A stretch of DNA of 64,000 nucleotides from a virus. The stretch spans positions 1 to 64,000 of the IMG/VR virus record IMGVR_UViG_3300030107_003448; one strand, 5' to 3'. The position numbers and the translations under genes are program-made. The stretch's first letter is position 1. Each line of letters opens with the position of its first letter. A model generated the notes under the pieces. The model made no database searches. It was not told the DNA's origin and saw only the letters and a list, made by a program, of their open reading frames with translations. Of this stretch, positions 17,946-25,809 are shown one piece after another.

Positions 17946-19351
17946 GTAATATTTTGGTGAGAAAAGGACCAAACATAGCAGAATCAGTAGAACCTGCTGT
18001 TACTGGTGGCTCATCTACCGCTATAATGCCCGGCGGTCAAATATTTTTTAGTGGACCAGCAGGTTATCAAATACCTATTGGAGGAGGTAGAAGTAAAGGA
18101 AATATTACTCCTTCGCAGCGAGATTTGACTCGTCTTAGTAGAGATAGACCTGCTATTGGAAATATTAAAGTAATGAAACCAGAACAAAGAGCGGTTTTGA
18201 ATCGACCAACAGCACCAGTAGATTCAGTGGGCGTTATACGTGATATGGGACGTAGAAATGAATTAGCCAGAGGAGCAAAGCGAGATAAATTAGCGAGACT
18301 ATTAGGTCGAGGGCTTGCTGGATATGCTGCTTTGGCCTCATCAGATAGTGATGATTTAATGGATGCAGGTGGCCGTATGTATGGTACTTATGCAGCAACC
18401 CGTGCTGCAACTGGAGAGGGTGCTCTTGAAGGTAGTTATGACCAAGACGAAGAAGGTAATATTACTAGAACTCCAAGTGCTTTTGAAAGAGGATTTGGAG
18501 ATTTAAGAGAAGGTGCCCAAGAAACTGGGGGCGCTATTGGTAGAGGACTAGTTGGAGTCAAAGATTGGGCTAAAGAAAAATGGAGTCAATTAAAAAATAA
18601 ATGGCCTACTAGAGAATCTGTAGCAGTAGAGCCGTCTATGTATGAAAGAATTGACGCAATGCCTCACCCTGCTCAAACATTGAGTGGGGGATATTTTGAC
18701 CCACGAATGCGAGCATTAGTGAGTGATGATTCACAATTAGCAGTAGACGCAGTGGCAAGAAGGCAAGCAAAACAACAAAGACAAAATCAAATAAATACTC
18801 AAAAGATAGGAGAAGTTCTTGTTAATCCAACAATGACTGGACAAGCCCCTCCACCACCAGTAGGTATGGCAACTGTAGGTATGAATATGCCTCCACCAAC
18901 TCAAGCCACAGGTTTCAACCCACAAGCAGTAGGCCAAGGAGAGGTGGGAACAGAACCTGTTATGAATACAACACCTACTGACCCCAAGCAAGGGACTCTT
19001 GACCCATGGTTGAATAATCCAAATCAACAACCAAATGCTGTTGGTGGAGGTCCAGAAGACCCATTTAAGGACTTAAAAGGAGAACCAATGGATATGGCTT
19101 GGTCATTATTGAAAGAAAATCAACCATGTAAAGATTGTGGGCAACCTGCCCCTACTAATTTTCGTATGCCGATTTGGGAATTAAATGGTTTATGTTTTGA
19201 TTGTATTGACAGAAGAATGAAAGAGATGGGGGCAACACAAGAAGCGAATGAAGAAACAGGGCAACCTGCAACAACAATGCGTGACTTACTTAATGCTAAA
19301 ATAAGTGAAGCAGGAATAGCAGGAGACCGACAAAGAGAGGATTTAGCATGA
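17942..19351 (+). CDS. Low-complexity protein with internal GEPMDMAWSLLK tag followed by CxxC..CxxC zinc finger
   Basis: 469-aa ORF, ATGA overlaps; tag at 19082-19114. Confidence 0.7.
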   Translation: MSNILVRKGPNIAESVEPAVTGGSSTAIMPGGQIFFSGPAGYQIPIGGGRSKGNITPSQRDLTRLSRDRPAIGNIKVMKPEQRAVLNRPTAPVDSVGVIRDMGRRNELARGAKRDKLARLLGRGLAGYAALASSDSDDLMDAGGRMYGTYAATRAATGEGALEGSYDQDEEGNITRTPSAFERGFGDLREGAQETGGAIGRGLVGVKDWAKEKWSQLKNKWPTRESVAVEPSMYERIDAMPHPAQTLSGGYFDPRMRALVSDDSQLAVDAVARRQAKQQRQNQINTQKIGEVLVNPTMTGQAPPPPVGMATVGMNMPPPTQATGFNPQAVGQGEVGTEPVMNTTPTDPKQGTLDPWLNNPNQQPNAVGGGPEDPFKDLKGEPMDMAWSLLKENQPCKDCGQPAPTNFRMPIWELNGLCFDCIDRRMKEMGATQEANEETGQPATTMRDLLNAKISEAGIAGDRQREDLA

Positions 19352-20811
19352 GTGACGTTAATCAACTCATTCGTGAAATGGACTGGGAAATGTCCTCTAA
19401 GTCTTTTGAATATTTTTTCACCGATGTATTAGGATATGATTACAATGCTCATCATGAGCAGTGGGTAGACCGTTTGAATAACAATAGATACTATGTTGTT
19501 AAAGCGGCTCGTGACCATGGTAAGTCTACATTGTTTATGTCATATGCACTATGGATTGCCGCATTTAATCCTAATACACATATCATGATATTTTCACACT
19601 CATTAGAACAGACACTTGAGCACATGCGTATGATTCGTAGTCATATTGAAGGTAATGATTTGCTTGTTCATTTGAAACCAACAGGACAGCCTTGGGCTAA
19701 ATCGTATTTTGAATTTTCAAATGGTAGTCGTCTTATGGCTAAATCGGTAGGTGGTGCTACTCGTGGTTTCCACCCCGATGTTGTAGTTTGTGATGATATT
19801 CTCTGGGGTTCGACTGCTGGAGAGTTAGCCAGAACTGCTGATTGGTTCTATTCCGTTCTATTACCAGTTCTGCACCACACTGGTCGTTTGATGATTGTTG
19901 GAACGCCGTTTTCGTATAATGACTTGTATACGGAATTAGAATCTAAAGATGCGTTTATTGTAGAAACATTTCCCGCTATGGATAGTGAAGGAGTAGCGTT
20001 ATGGCCTAATCGTTGGGATGAAGAATCTTTAATGCAAAGGCGTATGTCTATGCCTGCTATACAATTCGCTCGTGAATATCTCTGTGAGCCTATTCATGAT
20101 GTTGCGAGTATGTTCCCAATGGATATTTTAGAAACTGCTAGAGACCCCGATTTAGTTTTAATGAGTCGTGCCGAATCTGAATATAATGAAGCAGGTGAAG
20201 TAGCAGGCGTATTTGGTAATCATTTCATAGGTTGGGACCCTGCGATTGCGTCTGATAAAAACGCAGATTATACAGCAATGATAACTATGCGTACTATAGA
20301 TAATGTAAAACAAATTGTAAATCATGTTCATCAAAAAGGATTAAATTCTGAAGCACAAAAAAGGCATATTATTTTATTGAATAATAGATTTCAACCAGAC
20401 CTTATTGAACTAGAAGGTAATAATTTCCAAAGAATGTTTGAAACTGAATTAAGAGGAATGGATATACCGATAAGAACTTTCATGACTACACGTGCACGTA
20501 AAGAGAGTTTATTTATGAGTTTACTTATGGCTTTTGAACAAGGAGATATACGCACCCCTTATGGTAATGAAGAAAGCAAAAAGTTTACACACGAGTTAGA
20601 AACCGAGTTGAATAGATTTGGTATGACTAAGCAAGGTAAATTAGAAAGTGTAGGTGTGCACGATGACCTTGCTATGGCTTTAGCATTGGCTAATTGGGGT
20701 TCTAAAGAATTCAAAGGTAGTGTAGTTATGTTAGATGATTTCTTGCCCGGCTTTGGTGATTGGGTTGAAGGTAATTTAAGACCTGCGGGTCATGATTGGT
20801 TTGTGGAGTGA
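19348..20811 (+). CDS. terL: Terminase large subunit
   Basis: Walker A AARDHGKST, Walker B VVVCDD, IVGTP motif, RNase-H-like GWDPA and HDDLAMALALA. Confidence 0.95.
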   Translation: MSDVNQLIREMDWEMSSKSFEYFFTDVLGYDYNAHHEQWVDRLNNNRYYVVKAARDHGKSTLFMSYALWIAAFNPNTHIMIFSHSLEQTLEHMRMIRSHIEGNDLLVHLKPTGQPWAKSYFEFSNGSRLMAKSVGGATRGFHPDVVVCDDILWGSTAGELARTADWFYSVLLPVLHHTGRLMIVGTPFSYNDLYTELESKDAFIVETFPAMDSEGVALWPNRWDEESLMQRRMSMPAIQFAREYLCEPIHDVASMFPMDILETARDPDLVLMSRAESEYNEAGEVAGVFGNHFIGWDPAIASDKNADYTAMITMRTIDNVKQIVNHVHQKGLNSEAQKRHIILLNNRFQPDLIELEGNNFQRMFETELRGMDIPIRTFMTTRARKESLFMSLLMAFEQGDIRTPYGNEESKKFTHELETELNRFGMTKQGKLESVGVHDDLAMALALANWGSKEFKGSVVMLDDFLPGFGDWVEGNLRPAGHDWFVE

Positions 20812-20816
20812 TATAT

Positions 20817-22193
20817 ATGTGGGGTTCATCATTAGTCGGAGATGAGTATGATTTACCTATAGATATTAGTAATATTGATAGCCCTCTTACGAGGGCAATA
20901 ATTAAAGAGTTAGGTAAACACCCACACTTTGACAAAAAGCCCGGAGGGTTGGTAAGTATTGTAATTAGCCTACAAGGAAAGAAACCAAAAGAAGATACTA
21001 TCGAAGAAAAAAAGGATGAGAATATGACTAATAAATCTGCTTTACAATTTTCATCTGATGGCACTGGTTGGTTTGAAGACCAATTAGGTAAAAGTGCAGA
21101 TGCTATAGTCAAAGACTTGCGTAGAGCAAGAAGACACTATAAAGATTTCAAAGATGATATTGATACTATAATTCGTAGTGTCCAAGATTTAAAAAGTTTA
21201 GAAGTAGAAACTACTTTAAAAATGTATAATTGGATGGACGGCAGAGAATCCACTATACGAGATTTAGGATTATCTGATAGAGATTTAAAGTCTTTAAGAA
21301 AATTCGGAGGCGCTCGTGCTCATTCTTTAATTAAAGCATGTCAACAATGGGATAATGCAACTAGTGTAATTAAAACTTTAGAATCTGTAGAAGATGCTTG
21401 GGATAATAGTCAAAAACAAGATTGGGCTAATGCTATGCAATTAAGAAAAGATGCACGTAAGTCGTGGAGACACGCTTTACATCAAACAGACTCTCTTACT
21501 AAACATGAACAAGTATGGTTAGAAATCGCTCGTGAAGATTTATCACATCGAGGACCTATGAAAGCAGCAGATATAGTGAATAATATTTTAACGAAAGGAG
21601 TAGACCAAAATCAATTTAAGAGTTTAACACCTAAAGGTTTGGCTAGTCTTTTGAATATTTATGGAGAAGAAGTAGATATTATGAAAGGAGGACGTAGAGG
21701 ACAATATGTATTAATTAAAAATGACGCACTAGTTATTAAATCTGAACAAATTTGGCCATATGCTGCTGGCTTTTTAGATGCTGATGGTTATATTTCTATT
21801 ACTAAAAGAGGCGAACCTCGTGCTGGATTTATTGCTACTGGTTCACGTGGTAGAATTCATTGTGAACAATTACATAAAACATTAGGATGTGGTGTTTTAC
21901 AATTAGACCAAAAAATATACAAAGATGGACAAAGAAGCCAACATAGATTACAATTTTATTCAAAAGATGATATGAGAAAACTACTAAATGGAGTATTACC
22001 TCATTTACATATGAAAGATATTCAAGCCAAAGCAGTGTTAGAATTTTTAGATGCAGACGCAGAAAGAAAGCAACAATTACAGAAAGTAGTGCAATACGAA
22101 AATTGGAAAGACACACAAAAGGCTCAAGAACTGCTTACTGAGTGGGGTGTACAGGCCGAAGTCATCGGTAAGTGGACAGAGGGATTAATATGA
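20817..22193 (+). CDS. Protein with C-terminal LAGLIDADG domain and about 300-aa helical N-terminal extension
   Basis: YAAGFLDADGYISI, LHKTLGCGVL, LLNGVLPHLHMKDIQA; GGAGTGA SD before ATG 20817. Confidence 0.8.
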   Translation: MWGSSLVGDEYDLPIDISNIDSPLTRAIIKELGKHPHFDKKPGGLVSIVISLQGKKPKEDTIEEKKDENMTNKSALQFSSDGTGWFEDQLGKSADAIVKDLRRARRHYKDFKDDIDTIIRSVQDLKSLEVETTLKMYNWMDGRESTIRDLGLSDRDLKSLRKFGGARAHSLIKACQQWDNATSVIKTLESVEDAWDNSQKQDWANAMQLRKDARKSWRHALHQTDSLTKHEQVWLEIAREDLSHRGPMKAADIVNNILTKGVDQNQFKSLTPKGLASLLNIYGEEVDIMKGGRRGQYVLIKNDALVIKSEQIWPYAAGFLDADGYISITKRGEPRAGFIATGSRGRIHCEQLHKTLGCGVLQLDQKIYKDGQRSQHRLQFYSKDDMRKLLNGVLPHLHMKDIQAKAVLEFLDADAERKQQLQKVVQYENWKDTQKAQELLTEWGVQAEVIGKWTEGLI

Positions 22194-22732
22194 GACCAAT
22201 AGATATAGCATGGGACTTGTTGAAAGCAGCAGGTAGAGGCTCTCCAATAGGAGGAGGAGCGACTAAAGATTCGTTTAGTCATGGGCCGGGGCCAAGAGGA
22301 TTTCCCGGAAGCCCACGAGCATCAGAAAGAGTAGACAGACCGAGAGAAGGACCACCTATGGCTACCACTGGTCCTGTTAAACCTACTGGAACAGCAGATA
22401 CTGGTTTTATGAATATAAACGAAGGACAAGATGTAAGTGGTAGAGCAGCAGAAGAAGAAGCAATGTGGAGTGCTCTTAAAGATAGAACTCAAGCCGCAGC
22501 ACAAAGACACTCGTCATCTGCTATTAATAATGAACAAATGATAAATGATGCTCTTAGCGCTGATGATTTTACATATGATTTACATCACGATGATGAATTT
22601 GAAGGTGCAATGCCAGACGAAGAAAAAGAATATTTAACTCATCAAATGGAAAATTATCCAGCAGATTACGGAATTCAACCAAGAATAGGATGGCGCCAAA
22701 CCCCTGTACATCCCCCTGTACATCGTGGATAA
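22190..22732 (+). CDS. Low-complexity protein with N-terminal MRPIDIAWDLLK tag
   Basis: ATG 22190 overlaps upstream TGA (ATGA). Confidence 0.75.
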   Translation: MRPIDIAWDLLKAAGRGSPIGGGATKDSFSHGPGPRGFPGSPRASERVDRPREGPPMATTGPVKPTGTADTGFMNINEGQDVSGRAAEEEAMWSALKDRTQAAAQRHSSSAINNEQMINDALSADDFTYDLHHDDEFEGAMPDEEKEYLTHQMENYPADYGIQPRIGWRQTPVHPPVHRG

Positions 22733-22743
22733 AAGTGATTTGA

Positions 22744-24516
22744 ATGGCAGAAGGCGAAAGTAGAATTGGTAGATTTCTGTCTACATTAGCGAAACCTTTC
22801 AAACGTAGAGAAACCCCTGCTCCACAAATGCCACTTTGGACAAGTGGTATTCAAGAGCCTGTTTTAAGTCAAGGTATTACTTTACCTGCATTATATGCTG
22901 TATCTAATGAAAATCTTATTCTTAGAACTGTATTAAGCACAATTCGTCAAGAAATGTTTAGGAGAGGGTGGTTTTGGGAAAAGAAATTTCGACACAAATG
23001 TGATACTTGTGATATGGAATTCCAACATGATGTAGAAACTTGTGAAGATTGTGGAGGACCAGTGCGTACCCCCGACCATGATGATTTAATATATGCTAAA
23101 TGGTTATTTGAAAAAGACAATAGTATGGAACAAAACTTTTTACAAGTATTATCTGAAATTGAAAATGATTTAAATATCGTAGACGATGCTTTTTTAATTT
23201 TAGTAAAAGAGTATTTTGTAGATAAAGAAACTAATACTCCTGCTTTCTTTAGAATTAAAGAAATAATTAGAGGAGACCCTGTGTTTATGCGTATTGTTTC
23301 TGATAAAAGAGGAGTTAGGGGAGGGCGGTATAAAGTTTGCTTATTGCACCGTGACCAAGTTTCATATCCGGGCCAAGAAGATGAATGTCAAGTGTGTGGT
23401 AGTGAATTACATGATGTTCACCACATTAATACAGCAGGTTCTGGAAAAACTCAATATTATGTAGAAGGAGAAGTTATCCATGTTTCTAAATATAATCCTT
23501 CTAAATTATATGGACGTCCTCCTGTAAACACACTTTGGAGACAAGCCATGACATTAACAGCCATGGATAATTATATTTATACCGCTTATCAAAAGAGAAG
23601 GACCCCTAAAGGTATTATTTCTGTAACAACAGACAATTTAGAATCAATGAAATCATTTTGGAAATCTGTAGATGAAAAAATGGAGCGTGACCCTCACTAC
23701 GTGCCTCGTGTAGGTATTGAATCGAGTAGTGGTAGAGGTGGAGTAAATTGGGTTAAATTTATGGACACTTTAGAAGAAATGCAATATATCGCTGTTCGTG
23801 ATGAGATTAGAATGCGAATTGCTTCATTTTATGGAGTATCAAATGTATTTATGATGGACACTGGTAAATCTGGTGGTCTCAATAATGAAGGTATGCAAAT
23901 GGTTGTAACTAATAGGTCTGTAGAATTTGGACAGAAAGTATACAGCGATTTATTATTTCCAAAATTATTAGCCGCTATGGGTATTAAAGATTGGAAATTA
24001 ACTTTACGACCATCCGAAGAAGAAGATGAAGTCACTCGATTGCGTAGAGATGAGATGGAAGTTAATATTGCGCAAAGAATGATGATGCTTGGGTTTAAAC
24101 CTCAATTAATAGACGAACATGAAAAAGATATTCGGTTCTCTTATGCTGCTCCTTCACCAGAACAAATGGGTGCTATGCCACCCGGTGGTGGTGGAATGAT
24201 GCCACCCGGCGGGATGATGCCTCCGGGAGGTGGAATGATGCCTCCGGGAGGTGGAATGATGCCACCCGGTGGAATGCCACCTAATATGATGAGAGGAATG
24301 CCTATGGCTGGTGCAGGAATGCCTCCAATGCCTCCTTCTCAACCCGGCGGTGAAGGTGTAGGAATTAGAACTCCTAGTGGTCCTGCGGCACCAACAAGAG
24401 GGACTATGACTTCTGGTGCACCAGTTCAAACTACTCAACAAAGAGGAGTTCAACCCGGCCCTGCTGGACAAGCATCACAGGCTTTAATGAATGCTAGAAG
24501 ACCGAGAGGACTATAA
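22744..24516 (+). CDS. Portal protein with Zn-ribbon insertions and MPPGG-repeat C-terminal tail
   Basis: Position after TerL; DLNIVDDAFLIL, EVIHVSKYNPSKLYGRPP, RIASFYGVSNVFM portal-like motifs; CDTC/CEDC and CLLH/CQVC. Confidence 0.85.
   Translation: MAEGESRIGRFLSTLAKPFKRRETPAPQMPLWTSGIQEPVLSQGITLPALYAVSNENLILRTVLSTIRQEMFRRGWFWEKKFRHKCDTCDMEFQHDVETCEDCGGPVRTPDHDDLIYAKWLFEKDNSMEQNFLQVLSEIENDLNIVDDAFLILVKEYFVDKETNTPAFFRIKEIIRGDPVFMRIVSDKRGVRGGRYKVCLLHRDQVSYPGQEDECQVCGSELHDVHHINTAGSGKTQYYVEGEVIHVSKYNPSKLYGRPPVNTLWRQAMTLTAMDNYIYTAYQKRRTPKGIISVTTDNLESMKSFWKSVDEKMERDPHYVPRVGIESSSGRGGVNWVKFMDTLEEMQYIAVRDEIRMRIASFYGVSNVFMMDTGKSGGLNNEGMQMVVTNRSVEFGQKVYSDLLFPKLLAAMGIKDWKLTLRPSEEEDEVTRLRRDEMEVNIAQRMMMLGFKPQLIDEHEKDIRFSYAAPSPEQMGAMPPGGGGMMPPGGMMPPGGGMMPPGGGMMPPGGMPPNMMRGMPMAGAGMPPMPPSQPGGEGVGIRTPSGPAAPTRGTMTSGAPVQTTQQRGVQPGPAGQASQALMNARRPRGL
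24175..24285 (+). repeat. Imperfect tandem repeat encoding (M)MPPGG(G) x5-6
   Basis: ATGCCWCCSGGN units in portal 3' end. Confidence 0.8.
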
Positions 24517-24560
24517 GAAGGTTCAAGGAGTGCTTACATATCGGACATACAGGTGAGACA

Positions 24561-24899
24561 ATGACAGACCTAAGTAAAATGGACCCTATGGCTAGAAAAT
24601 TGCAGGTCGAAATCGAAGCATTTCACAAAGCAATAGAAGGAGGAGACGCATCCAGTGCACGCTCTCATATCATGGAAATTCAAAAGTTTGCTGATTATTT
24701 AGCAGATGATATTGATATGGCTGTGAAGAAAGCAGAAAAATTACAAGGACCAAACGATGTATATGCAGGAGGAGTTCCTGTAATGAAGTTTAATGAAACA
24801 CAAAATGTATTTGATGTTTCACAACGTAATGATGTGTTGCCCGGAACAATTTTACCTGCTAGAACAGGTAATATTATGAAACCATGGAGAAAGGTGTAA
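24561..24899 (+). CDS. Small head-module protein (scaffold-like)
   Basis: 112 aa; AGGTGA-N4-ATG. Confidence 0.75.
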   Translation: MTDLSKMDPMARKLQVEIEAFHKAIEGGDASSARSHIMEIQKFADYLADDIDMAVKKAEKLQGPNDVYAGGVPVMKFNETQNVFDVSQRNDVLPGTILPARTGNIMKPWRKV

Positions 24900-24903
24900 A
24901 ACT

Positions 24904-25281
24904 ATGACAGAAAGTAATCAAGATGCAGCCAGCACTTTAATGACTGCACTTATTACTAAAATGGAAAGTATGGATAGTGACATACATTTACTTAAAGCAG
25001 AAAATCAAAGACTAAGACGAATGATTTCTAATCCTAATTCTTTAATGAAAAAAATGGGCCTTGTATCAATGTCCACTCCTTTTGCAGAAGATGTTCAACC
25101 AGACGGTTTTAGAGAAGATTTAGGAGAACAAGCAGTGTTAAAAGGGATTGATTCGCCTAGTAATAATTTAGAATTCCACAATACATCTTGGGATGATATT
25201 CACGAAATGGCCGACCAAGCAAAAGCAGCAGGTCACGTGGATGAGCCCTTTAAAGTGATTAGTGGGAGGGATGAATCATGA
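24904..25281 (+). CDS. Coiled-coil head-module protein
   Basis: 125 aa; LITKMESMDSDIHLLKAENQRL heptads. Confidence 0.75.
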   Translation: MTESNQDAASTLMTALITKMESMDSDIHLLKAENQRLRRMISNPNSLMKKMGLVSMSTPFAEDVQPDGFREDLGEQAVLKGIDSPSNNLEFHNTSWDDIHEMADQAKAAGHVDEPFKVISGRDES

Positions 25282-25790
25282 AACCACGTTGGACAGACAC
25301 TTCACCTCGTGTAGGTAAATTAATGGAAAAAGCAAAAGAATTAGACACTCGTATAGAAAAAGCACAAATGTGCCCTTGTGGTAGTGGGAAACCAAAAGCA
25401 GAATGTTGCCCTAATGTTAAGAAAGCAGGTTGGGAAAGCGCTCCTACAGAAGGTTCTAAAATCGGTGGCGCTAATTTAGAAATAGAAACTGGTGGCCGTA
25501 TTGCACAAAGACCACAATATTGGACTAATCAAAGTCTTATAGAAGTAGAAGATGTAACCAATAAGGGCGCTTCTCCTGTAGCAAAAGACCCTGTTAAAAT
25601 GATGGATGCACCGCCTCATCAATATGGACCAAATGGTTCTACAAAACATTTACATGAAAGCGGTTCTGATACTACAACTGATGCTTTAACAAAATCTGAA
25701 GACACAGTTCTAGGTTCATTACATAATGGTGATAACTTCCGTTTACGTAAAATTGCAGAAAACACAGAGGGCCTTGCTCGGAGACTTTGA
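25278..25790 (+). CDS. Head-module protein containing a SEC-C-type metal-binding motif
   Basis: CPCGSGKPKAECC; GGGAGGG SD. Confidence 0.75.
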   Translation: MKPRWTDTSPRVGKLMEKAKELDTRIEKAQMCPCGSGKPKAECCPNVKKAGWESAPTEGSKIGGANLEIETGGRIAQRPQYWTNQSLIEVEDVTNKGASPVAKDPVKMMDAPPHQYGPNGSTKHLHESGSDTTTDALTKSEDTVLGSLHNGDNFRLRKIAENTEGLARRL

Positions 25791-25809
25791 TACCGGGTGA
25801 GTGATGTGA

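Noticed and set aside
20817-22193. Intein or intron-encoded endonuclease splitting the terminase
   Set aside because: TerL is complete with its own stop; this ORF has its own SD and lacks intein C/S start and HN end
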